From Heteronotia binoei (taxonomy: Eukaryota): a DNA stretch of 64,000 nt. The position numbers and the translations under genes were made by a program. The notes beneath the pieces are model-generated. The model searched no databases. It saw only the letters and a program-made list of their open reading frames with translations, and was not told where the DNA came from. Below are positions 11,919-24,300 of the stretch, in pieces. Every line of letters starts with the position of its first letter. The first letter of the stretch is position 1. Location of the stretch: the NCBI RefSeq assembly GCF_032191835.1, contig NC_083234.1:49786001-49850000 (forward strand), written 5' to 3'.

Positions 11919-14192
11919 CAAAAAGGGCCTATATTGACCTGTTTACATTCATTTTTAAACACTGAAAGCCTATGCGTTAACATAACATACTATATGCACA
12001 GTTCCACTTTTGGCAAGGATTTAAGTTTTGGGAGAAGAGTGCTCTGGGTGCTTCAGTTACTTGTCTCAAAAGATTTAGATATCCTTTCTCTGTTGGAACC
12101 CAGTAGATATAATAACAGAGCCATACTCAGTGTAAAACCAAATATCCCATGCATTTCCTCATGGATATTACTCCAATACTCTCTAAACTGTGTGCATTCC
12201 TACCTCGTATGCAAAAAAGATGCAACTTGGCTCATGCATCCCCAACAAAGATTATAGGTCTCCTAAAATGTTTTGCTTATATTCTGTTTTTCTTCTCAGT
12301 GGGAATCTAATGCAGTCTGCAATTTAAAAAAATACAATAGAAACACTGCTGCCCCTGCAGTGTCTTCAGCAGCAGAGTGCAAAAGGCATTACCTGGGATT
12401 CTTCTGCCCATGAAGTGAGGTCAGCTTTCTCTTGCTGTGTGCTCCAAGCACCAGCTCTCTTGGTTCACCTGCTTTTTAAAGCCTCCCAAAAGCATGCAAA
12501 AGGTGTGTCACACTTCTTGCAGTCATCTCCAAAATGACAGCACAACAGACAAATGACCAGGTGAGTATCAGCTCCAATAAGAGTTAAAATAAGTTGTAGA
12601 ATGCCTCTCTGAAATAAAAGAACAGGGTAGCCTAACGATTGGCTAGTAGACAGTAAATTTGCAGCCAGGAATTGAAATGAAGTAGGGCATGACGTCTCCA
12701 GTGTTCTGAAATTTTTGTCGCTGGCCTCTTTCCTGATGGATAAAGGACAGAAAGCACTGGAAAAGGCTAAACATAAAATATTTGAAAGTGTAGTCATTAT
12801 AAATTCACATTAGAAAGAAACCTGAAGGAAGATGGGCAGTTAATCTACTGGAAAGCCAGGACCCACCCCCCCCCCCAAAAAAAAAAAAAACACAGCAGGA
12901 CATAAAGAAAGAGCAGAGAAATCTTGAGAGGAATATTGATGCCAGAAGCTGTTTTTATCCTCCTCGGGCCTGTTTTAGAGTAACCTCTGAACGCTGGCAG
13001 AGTGCAAATTCAACATTTCTTTTCCAAAATTGCACATCTTACACAAGTTACCTGCAGGGTGAGCTGTCATTTCACCACTAAAGCATGTTAGCTTAAAAAA
13101 AAAATCCACATAAATCTAGAAAAGCAGTTCCATTTCAGCTACTGAAATAGAAACCTGGGGTTAATACCTAGGATTCAGATCAGGTCTTCTAGGATGTAGG
13201 TTCAATAAACAAATAAAATGATCATTGCTGAAATGATTGGAGAGCTCAGAACAGAATGGACCATAAAAGGCAAAGAAGCCATAAGCCATTCAGACCCAAT
13301 CAGCTGAGAAGATCACAGATAACTATGCAGTGCAGCTGTAAAACCTGCCCACTTGCTTGGATCTGGTCATTTCTTCCTGCACGCCAAAGGAATTTCTGCC
13401 CTTACTTGAGCAGAGAAGGAACTGATAAAGCATTCCTGCAAGCAGCGTCCAAAAGCAGGTAAAGCAAGAATATGCAGCACTTGCTGTCGTTCTTGCCAAC
13501 TTCACAGAATGAGTTTCAGAGAGGGAATTTGCAGTGAGATGCCTAAGCAGCACTTGCAGGGAGACAGACTTTTCAGGTGTGAAGCAGACTGCATATACAC
13601 ATGTATGTGGCATAAAACAAACACAGTGTAAAGCATGTTTTGTTCTGGTCAGCTTCCAATATGGGAAGTCAGCCTACATTGACTGGAACAAAGGCCCTGC
13701 AGGAGGCAGTGGTTAGTTGCCTTCCCCATGTGTTCTAGTTTTGTAAAAATTCAGACATTGCTCCCCTCAAGAATCCTACACCCAGCCCTCACATAAAAGT
13801 ACCTTTCCTTGGCTTTAGGCAAAGTGGGGGACAGGTATCACACTAATACACCTCCTCTCCCCTAGTGCTGCTCCCTTCTCAGCTGGGAGTCAGAGCTGGT
13901 CAGTCCTACTTGGCCTCCTTTCTCCAGCCCTTTTAAGGCCCTAGCCAGCCTTGGAGCATGCCCAGTGGCCTCCTTCTACCCAGAAGCCCTCTCGGGGTGT
14001 GACACAGTTTGGGAGGGACCAATAGCACTTCCCCACCCCCAGGGTGGAGTTTCCCAACAGCTGTTGGTTAGACAGCTGACAATCTGCAGGTGCCTGACTC
14101 TTAAAGGGCCAGCTGCCATTGATCAGTTGGCTGGTGTGGGTGTGTGGCTCTTTATAAGGTGCATCAATCACCCCACTGTGCCTGGTGGATAC

Positions 14193-14725
14193 TGTCATGA
14201 GCCCTGATGAGGAGGAGCTGGAAGGGTTAACAGACCTAGAAGAGTTGCTCAGCTGAACAAACAGCAGCTGGCCCATCAATCACTCTCCAGGCACCAGTGT
14301 CAGCTGTTGACGATCAATCTCCTCCAAGCTCTCCTCCTCCCATCTCAAGAGTTCGAAGCAGGCTCTGGAAAGAACTTTCAGAGCAAAGACATGAGGCACG
14401 CCGATGCTTCAGATCTCTCAGCCCTGAGTTCTAGCAGAGTCACTGCCACCCAGGGAGCAGGCTGATTGAGACTCCCATATAGCTCCCACCCAGGACCTGG
14501 TAACCTTGTGGAAGCAAGGAGTCTATTCTAAGGCTTGCATCCATGCTCCTTCCTGATCCTGACCTGCTTGATTTCATTGGCACCCTGACCTTTTGGCTTT
14601 TGGACATTGACTTCTGATTCCGGTTTGTGATTCTGCATTGGTGACTTGGCTCCTGCTTGACTTCCTAGGCTTTGACCTTGGACTGGCTTTGGACTCCCGC
14701 CTGCCTGCACCCTGAGAATGTGACA
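14193..14725. mobile_element. Solo LTR (TGTCA...TGACA)
   Basis: 533 bp bounded by tgtca/tgaca with a perfect 5-bp TSD gatac (14188-14192 and 14726-14730). Confidence 0.8.
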
Positions 14726-17700
14726 GATACCAGGCTTGACCTAATTTGGTGGGGGGGGGGAGCATGAGGTTGTCTCCACCTCCCCATCTGCCTAAAGTTT
14801 GAAGGAAGGCTCCCTTGAGTGAGGAATGCAAACTGTAAATGTTATAGTTGGAAAGGTACTCCCTATTGAACTCAGTGGAAACATATTTCCTAATATCACT
14901 AGCTTTAATTCTGATGTTAAAGAACTAAATGTTTTTAAATAGCCAATGAACTGGATTAGTATTTGTTCTCCCCCGCCCCCACACACACACTATTCTTCTG
15001 GGTCACTTCAGTATTTTGGTTTGACTTGGTTTATAGGGTAAGTGGACATCCCCCCGCCCCCACTTTCACACAGCATTGTGGTGTATCCATGTTCTTTGTA
15101 GTCTTTTCTCTGCTTTTTTTGTGATATTTTGGGAAAGACTGGCCGAAAGGCAGGTGGCTGCCATGATCTTTCTCAGTTCCACCCACACCAGCACCATTTC
15201 CCCTTCCTCAGCCCCCAGGGCTCGCCTCTCCCACCTCATGCCCAAGAGCTGGGTTTTTTTCTTTCTTTTTAAAAATCAAGCTAAATCACTATAGTATTGT
15301 CACATTATAATGATCTGTTGAAACTATATACTGGTTCTCAGTTGTTGTTTTTTAAGTAAGCATCCCTTTTTGTTATGGAATTATAATGGGGAACATTCAG
15401 CTTTCACCTTTCTAATTATGTAACTCAAGAACATTTGAAGCAGGTCAAGCCTGTTCTCCTCAGATTGTCACAATGTGATGTCACCCCATGGGTCAGTAAT
15501 TGCTCGGTGCTTGCTCGGGGGACCTTTACATTATCAAAGGAAATCAATCCCTCTGGTGTTTCTAGTGACTAAAAGATGAAGATAAAGATGCAGATTGTGG
15601 ACTGCATCTTTTAAACAGTAGAAACACATAGGGATTGATTTCCTGTGAATATGGAGGGATGTGGTTTACGGAGGTCCAAACCTTATTTTGGGTTCAGAGC
15701 TTGGAAACTCTCCTCAATGTGTTTTGGCTGAATTCATAAATAAGGAAGGAATAAGGAATTGGGAACCAGCTTCCGCTTTCTGGCATTACAAGGTTTCCTC
15801 CCCCCCCCCCCAACCCCCGTCATTGCAATTCCTGCCACTACAGCTGAGGGGTTCTGGTCTGGGGTCAAGACAAAACAGAGAGGAGGCATTTCTTAGAAAC
15901 CTTTCTGGGCATCCCATATCCTTTCTCTACCGCCCATGGCCATCAACAGCAACAGAGGTGGCCAGTACTTGCTAAAGGATTGCTGTAGAATCCAAGCCAT
16001 CATCTAATAAATAGAGTTTGCATATCAAAGACTTTGCCTATGGGGCAGCTGTTTTGTGGCCTTTAAAAAGAGGGATGTGGAGTGTATCTGTACTCCATCT
16101 TATGGCTTAATTACAACACTTAATACTTTTCCATTCCATTCTCACCAGAGCCCTGCGAGGCTGGTCGGGTTGAGAGAATGTCATGGGCCCAAGGTCCCAA
16201 AAGCAAGTTTTTAAACAGAATGGTATTTGAATGTGGCTCTCAGAGATTTTAAAAGTTGGTATAATCATGAGGAGGCCTCTTTTGACCCATAATTACACAG
16301 TGGAAACCTAAACACATTTGTTCATTAAATGTAATTTAATCTTCAATAGAATGACTTTGAAATCTTTTCTGCAGCTGGCAGATTCTCCCACATAAGAGTC
16401 TGTCAACCACCACCCCAAACTGGCTCTCAAGGCACTGGCAGGATGCATGTGTCTGTAAATCCTAGAGAGCCTTTTGAATCCAAATGCCAAAGAAAACTGT
16501 GGTGGTCCCAAGGTGGACAGAGAAGGGGTTCCCTGGTTCTACATCAGGATAGAGATCACACTTCACCACCACCCAGCTCCTGTACTTGTGATTCAAAATC
16601 TTCTTCAAGGCAATACTCCCCTGGAGGATGGACAAAGAACTTTCTCAGGGCCCAACTAGATGTGATGTAGGGTTGCCAGCCTCCAAGTGGGGTCTGGAGA
16701 TCTCCCACTTACAAATCTGATCTCCAAACTTCATAGATCAGTTCCCCTGGAGAAAAATGAGTGTTTTGGAGTATGGACTCTGGCACCGTACCATTCTGAG
16801 GTCTCCTCCCCTTCCCCAAACCCTGCCTTCTTTAAGTTCCAAACACCTCCTCATCTCTGGGTATTTCTAGAATTGCCAGGTTCCCCCCCTGGCCACCAGC
16901 AGAGAATGTAGGAATAGAGTTGCCAGATCCAGGTTGAGAAATTCCTGGAGGTTTGGGAATGGATCCTGGGGGGAACAAGAGAACCTCAGCCCACTGTGTT
17001 GGGGCCCTTATGGCATTGTTAAATGACTTTAACATGGTGGTAGGTACATAATGTTGCCATGTCTAGTTTGACCCTAGGGGTGGTGCAGCAGAATCAGATG
17101 AGCCATGATGCCTTTCTTTTGTGTTGGAAAATGGAGGAACTTCTCAGGGTCCTGCAGATGGCAAGGCCAAGCCATTCTCCTCTTGGTGCATCGGGGCACA
17201 CCCAGCACTCTTTTTAAAATTTATTTATTTAAATGTTTGTATTTCATTCTCCCAGGCTGAAGTTTCTCAGGGCAAATTCTCATGACGCAATAAAACACAA
17301 GAATATAATAAATATTAAGGCTGCACTGAAACCCACAGTACAGACCTACCCAAATCCATGCATACATGCTGAAACATAAACAATCCTGCAGCCACAGGAA
17401 AGCACATAAAGCAAAGCAGCCCCATCCGACTCAGGCAAGAGAGCTTTAGAAACCACATATGCAAAAATGGCATCCTTTCAGATACAGGCAGTGCCATGGA
17501 AGGTATTAACGCAAGTGCTGGTTCACTGGGCTGTTGGGGGCAGGATATCAATTCACAATTCATGTACACTTCCGGTGCTCCCAACCCAGGGTGAGTTACA
17601 ATAACAACAAATCCCCAAATGGCACAGTGAAAAATAATATAAATAGTGTTTAAATTATAAAACTAAGGGATGCTTCCTTGAGAGGAATGCAAACTGCAAA

Positions 17701-17749
17701 TGTTATAGCTGGAAAGGCAGATCCAGGTGGGCAGCCTTGCTGGTCTGAA

Positions 17750-17935
17750 GCAGCAAAATAAAGTTTGAGTCCAGTGGCACTTTCAAGCCAAACAGTTTTA
17801 TTCAAGGTGTGCAAGCACACTTATATGCACTTTTGTGTGCAAGCACACTTATATGCACACCATGCACGCACAAAAGCTCAGAATAAAACTTTGCTGGTCT
17901 TAAAGGTGCCACTGGACTCAAACTTTGTTCTAAAG
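17750..17935. repeat. Short inverted-repeat element (probably Penelope-derived)
   Basis: Arms aaagtttgagtccagtggcac / gtgccactggactcaaacttt. Related fragments at ~34070 and ~57650. Confidence 0.5.
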
Positions 17936-18334
17936 ACAGAGCAGTAAGACAGTTCTAAAAGTAATGGATCCCAGAGAATTCCCACCCACTCTTCTCAAAG
18001 TGTTGCTGTGCCCCTTGCCAAGGGTAGCCCTAATGCTCTACAACTTGGCTTCCTAGTGCATCCCTCCCCACACCTATATGCACAGAAATGTGTCTCCTGC
18101 ATCTCTCTCACCTGCAACAGCCATTGCTCTCAGGCCATGCTTTCCTCATCCCCCCTTCCTCTATGTAAAAAACACAGCCAAGGATAATCTACACGAGACA
18201 GTTATAGCATAGTCACCAGATTGCTTGCAATGGTATTCCTGACCCCTTTCCCAGATTTGTGGAATGGAATTCCTGATCCCTTTGGTACTTGGAATAGCTG
18301 CCGTGTCCCCCTCAGCCAGTATTGGTTCCCTGGG

Positions 18335-21300
18335 TTATTTATGCTGGAAATAGAAGTCAGTGATTGCAGCTTCTCCTGAGTGGCTAGTGAGCATGAGGGG
18401 CTTGTGGGCCTCAACTGGGGAGCAGAGGTACCACCCGGGGAAGGCAGCTGATTCAAATGTGTGGGTGCTGCCATTGTATGACTTGAAGAAGGTGAACCGT
18501 TTGGCCTCCATGTCATTGGTAAAAAGATCCATCAGGTGTGTATCCTGGAAGAAAACAAAGGGAAACGTGATCACTTGGAAATCAGCAACTATACTGAGTG
18601 GAATACATCTGAAAGACATGGTTTCTCTGTGCTAGAGGGCACGAGGGTCAAATTAAACATCATGGATGGCATTCTTGTGTCCAGCATGGAGACACAACCA
18701 CCATTTTAAAGTGATTTAAATGGGAAGTGCTTCAGAAGAGCCCAAGTGTCACTGACTTTATTTCTTCAGGCAGCACCCATTTAAAAACAGCTGCTTCACA
18801 AAGTTTTGTGATTAGATCAGCCCCTGTGGCAGTCATTTTGTGACTGGCCCACTGGCTCCAGATCCCCTTGGCAGTCCTTTTATTGTGCATCCACTACCTC
18901 TTCTCAAAATTCTAAACGTCCCCACAAGTTCAACAAGGTTAAGGACCCCTGGGCTCTAGGGAAGAGGTGGCACGGAGGTTATCAGCATGAGGGGCTTGCA
19001 ACTCAGACAGCATGAGGACCCTCTGAGAGAAGTTAATGTGATCAGTTCTCTTGATGGATATGGGTCTTGCTCTTGGATTGCTGCTGTGGCGAGAAGGCCC
19101 TTGGAGGTCCAAGCTCACCTCCAAGGGGTCTCCCAATCTCACCTCCAGTTGCAGTTTGGGCTCTTCTTCTTTACCACATGAGATGCCCTGGCTGCCCTCT
19201 TTGACCCCTAGAATCAGAGGGATCCTCTGGCGATCCAAGAACCTATTGGGAAGCACACTGAGGAACTCTGTAGAAAGGAACAGAAAAGAAAGGTTTCAGA
19301 GGGTAGCCATGTTGGTCTGCCATAGAACAGTTAGATTAATTATTAATTATTATTGTACGACATTGTGTGTAGAAGAGCCAGGAGATCCTAAGATTGTCCA
19401 CCATCCAGAAGTTCTCTTTTAACATTATGCACCACTAGGTGGTGAGCTAGACTTGTTTTTAAGGCAAGAGATATTTCAGAGGTGATTTGCCATTGCCTGC
19501 CTCTGCATCATGCCCCTGGTATTCCTTGGAGGTTGCCCTTCCAAATACGAGCCAGGACTGACACTACGTAGCTTCCAAGATCTGACAAGACTGGGCTAGC
19601 CTGGGCTATGCAGGTCAGGGCTACAGTTAAGATTTTTGTCCACTAGCACCTTAGAGAGCAACAAGAGTTTCAGGGTATAAGCTTTCAAGAGTCAAAGCTC
19701 CCTTCATCAATCTGACAAGTGGGAAATTGTTATACCATCATATTCCATTCCAGAGACCAATGCAGATGGTCTTCTTTTATAGCAGAAAATGCCAGCTTTT
19801 CAGAGGTCTTCCCCTGGGGAAGTGCTTTCATAGCAAAAAAGCACATTGCAAAATGCAAGTAACTCTCTTCAAGTGCACTTTTATTGGGATGAGAAACTGC
19901 TATGGCCTGGAGTTATACAAATGTCACATGTATTTGTTGGATTGTATTTACAACACCCTTCTCCCTCCCCACCAAATCTCACTGTTTTGCGTACCTTTTA
20001 AAAGTTCCATTTGTTTCAAACATTCTCTCCTTGTAACCTCACTTTGTTAGGCAGAGGTGGTGTGACCCACCTTCTTAACGGGATTAGATGCTTGACCTCT
20101 CCCATTCAGGCCTACTACATTGTGCTGTTCCAGAAGAGACAAGAAATTGCTAAATAAACTGATCTGGATGCAATAAAAGTGGCTTAGTGTTGGAACTGAA
20201 CACCCTGGGTGTGTGACAGCTAAAGGTAAAAAAATAAGTAAAAAAACCTGTATTTGAATGATGTTACCCATCACAGCTTGCAGAACATTCCCCAACCAAC
20301 TGAAGGGAGGCTGATAAGTCTGTCTGAGGGCCAAAAATACATGTTACCTGTGGCTCAAGTTGGGGCTTGGCTGTGCTTTCAGTCATATATTTACATGATG
20401 AGACTTATCTCAAGGACCCCTCTCCACAGCTCCACACAGCTCCAAACACTGGGGGGAGGGGCTTTAGGCTTTGTTCTTGCCCTGTTTTGCTCTTGTGGAC
20501 CTTCAGGAAGGGGCAAACAGCACCTCCCTGTGGCCATTTTCACTGGAATAGACGGCACAGGGGGGAAGCCTGACACCCCTCCATTCCCCTTGCAAAATTT
20601 GTAGGTGTGTTGAGCAACAGAGAGGTTTTTAAAAGTTAGTCCCCACATGACCATGTAACTGAGAGTCCAGCTACTACTGATGTCTCATGCAGTTTGGCCC
20701 TGAGAAATAGCAGCTGGCAATTTGGGAAGAGGCAGAAAGGACAACAAAAACCAAAGTTGGTCAAAAGTGAAGCATCTCTGGAGATCTGATATGAGATAAT
20801 AATTTGGCTTCCACCTGTTCTACTTGTTTGATTATGAATAAAGCAACATCTATTACAAAACACCCAGACTTCTCCAGCACTCTTTCATCCAGAGGACACC
20901 AAACCTGGTGGTGCTTCCCTGCTGAAACTTGTCACTGCATGGGGAATTAGGAAGCTTGTGAGTTGGGCGTTGATAAGGTGAGACGCCCTTATGTATCCAG
21001 ACTCTTGGTCTGCTAAAGACAGCAGCGGAAAAGCAGAAGAATCCTTTTCACCCTAGTAAAGAAATATTAAGGCAACCAACCTTCTTGAGCAGAATTGTCA
21101 CCTTGCAGGGGAGCTGCTACCAGTTTCTTGTCCTGTAGATAAATGCTCTTATGGTCGGTGTCATGAAGGGAATATCTACGTGGTTGTAAACCTTTAGGGA
21201 CATCACCTGAAGGCACTTCTGAAGGCGTGAAATGTGGTTTCACTGATTCTGGAATTCATGGAAAAGAAAACACAGGTAACTTGGTAACTGCATAGAACAT

Positions 21301-24300
21301 ACTGTGAGGCCCCCATGTACCCCTACAAAGGGTTACACTGGGAAAAAGACATTCCTCATCATCCTTCACCCCCAATTCTCTAAATGTACAAGTGTCAGCC
21401 ATATTTGGGTTAGGAGTAAGCCAGGGTTTGGTCTGGAAGTGTACATTGTAAACCAAGATGGAGAAGGACCAAACAAAATGGTTCCCAGCAGCAAAGCACA
21501 AGTCTGACTTGTTATTTTGGGAGGTGGCTGTAGGGCGTCTCCAGGCTACAGGTTTTCCCCCCACCTAAAACAAAAGGCTACAGGTTTCCCCCCATCTATT
21601 GTGGAGACCAGAGGAAAGGTAAAAGTCACAGAACCTTTATTGGCATAACAACAGCAGTATCAAAACAAGGAAGGGGGGGAAGAGTTGGTTATAGGCTTCC
21701 CAACCCTCCCGCCCTGGCGGGGGACCCCAGGATTTCCAGCCTCTTCCCCCGCTCCCCCCCCAAAAAAAAGCGGGGGAGGGGGAAACGGTGCCAAGGAGTG
21801 TGGCGAGCCGCCCCATCTCAGAGCGGGCGACGCCGCTGCGCAGCTGCCGCCTCTTCTCCGCTTCACCGTGGCTGCTCCTCCGAGATGGGCTCAGGCTGGG
21901 CCTATCTCGCAGGAACAGCTGGGATGGGGCGGGGAGGGGGCGGCGGCAGTGCGGCGGCATCACCCGCTCCGCCTCTGAGGTGGAGTCAGAGGGGGGGTGG
22001 GGGCGAGCCAGGAGCGTGGCGGGCCGCGCTCCTGGCCTGCCTCCACCCTCCCATTCTCTGGTTTCGCCTCGGAGGCAGAGCGGGGCGGGCGACGCCGCTG
22101 TGCTGACGCCTTTTCTCAGCTTCACCATGGCTGCTCCTCCGAGATGGGGTCAGACTGGGCCCATCTCGGAGGAGCGGCTGCGGTGGGGCGGGGAAGAGGC
22201 GGCAGCAGCGTGGCGGCATCGCCCACTCCGCTCCGCCTCTGGGGTGGAATCGGAGAAGGGGAGGGTGGAGGGAAGGAAGGCATTTAAAAAGTTGTGAGGT
22301 CCCTTTAATTGTGATGGACAGAACTCCCTTTGGAGTTCAATTGTGCTTGTCACACCCTTGCTCCTAGCTCCACCCCAGTGTCTCCTGGCTCCACCCCCAA
22401 AGTCCCCAGATATTTCTGGAATTGGACTTGGCAACCCTAGTTGGTTAATTTCGTATTCTAAACAGACTTCTCTTCCTGTAAGCACAGTAAAGGATGTTTG
22501 CCACTGCTTTGATGCTTTCAGCCTTATTTGAGGCTAGTAAACTCATTATCTTATGTTCATCAGATTTACCTTCCAGGGATTGCAATATAGGATCCAGATA
22601 AGATTTATGGAAATCGCAGTGGAATCTACAAGATAAAAGTACATGGTCCATTCCTTCAATTTCCTTCAGCCCACAGGGACAGAGCCTATCCAAGAGTGGT
22701 ATTTTTAAAAAATATCCCATATACATGGCAGAAGGAAACACATTAAAGTGGGCCAACATAAGTGCCCTTCAAATATGGGGATCAATCAAACAAGAAAAAT
22801 ACTCTGCAAGTGAACCACTGAAGGAAATCCCTCATTGCATGGGAGAGCAATGCCCAGAAGCAAGACTTCTAAGGTCTTGAATCTCCATGTCAATATAATC
22901 ATGGCAGAAACATGCTTCTCAGAAAAAAGGGTCAGATCGTCAATGCAAAGTCCCATTGATGCGATTTTTCCTTCAATGTGGGTCAGCCAATCAGATAAAT
23001 AAGATTCGTGCAGCATATGTGCAGACTATTGGGCCCACTTCTAAAACGGAGGTGCAGCCAAAATTTGAAAGTTGATATCCACACCTCTATGGCTAAACGT
23101 CTCTAGTTTGTCTCAAAGCACATTGCTGCATAAAGTATGTAAGCTGGATGCCCTAACATTTTCCTAAGAAATTTAGATTGGACTCTTTTGACCACTTAAT
23201 TAAATGCAGAAATCCAAATTGGAGCACCATATAATAGTTTAGCATATATTTTAGAGCTGAACACTTTAAAAAAGCAGGTATACCGGTAAATTGATTTCCT
23301 TTAGTACAGAAAAAGTGGGCGATTGCAAGTTCACGGCTATTCACAGATCTTAACACTTCCTTAATATGAGTGGCCCAATTAGCATTATAGTGGAAATGAA
23401 TACCAAGATATCTGAAACTCTTCACCTGTTCAATGGGGTTTCCTTGTATAGTCCATTTGGAGGGCTTCCAACTCTGACTGAACACAATAATTTTGGACTT
23501 ATCAAAATTTAGGGAAAGCTTGTTCTTATCACAGTAAACTAAAAAGTGCATTAGCATCTTTTTCATCCCAACTTTTGAAAGTGAAAAGAGAACAGCATTA
23601 TTAGCATATACAGCAGCAATAGTGGGATGTGTCTCTTACCTAATTTGGGGTAATGTCCATTAACACAGCTCATAAAGGGTGCCAAATCATTTTTTAAAAG
23701 GTTGAACAATATAGGGGCCAAAATACAGCCTAGCATGACACCCACTGTAATTGCAGTCTTCATCTTTCTAGCATCTAACCTGGCAAGTGGTTTCAGAGTA
23801 GTTTTTTTTAATCAGGAGTAGCAATTGCTTATCAATCCCCATATTACTTAATTTCTTCCACAGAATGTCCCTGGGCACTGAATCAAAAACTCCCTTAAGG
23901 TCTAAGAAAGGTGTGTATAATTTGGGTCCTTTCCCTTTCCTATATTTATTTACTAGATGGCTAAGGACTGCATAATAGTCCAGGGTTGACTTATTCTGAC
24001 AAAAGCCAGTTTGCTGCGGCTCCAGGATTTGCTGGTCTAGTATCCAAGATTTAAGTTTATTGGCCAAGTGATTGGCATACAGCTTCCCCATGATGGATAA
24101 GAGACTAATTGGTCTATAATTATTTGGGAGCTGAGGATCTCTTTTTTTAAAGATGGGCACTAAGACAGCATGCTTCCATTCTTCTGGCATTACATCAGAC
24201 CAGTCTTAAGGCTGTAAAAAGGGCTGCTAAGAAGGGGGCCCACCACTGTGGAAAAGCCTTGATATCCTCAGGGGGAATAGCATTGGGCCCAGGGGCTTTT

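Noticed and set aside
21637-22485. Cluster of long GC-rich ORFs on both strands
   Set aside because: They lie within a hAT element defined by TIRs and an 8-bp TSD, and the low-complexity Arg/Gly/Pro translations match no protein.
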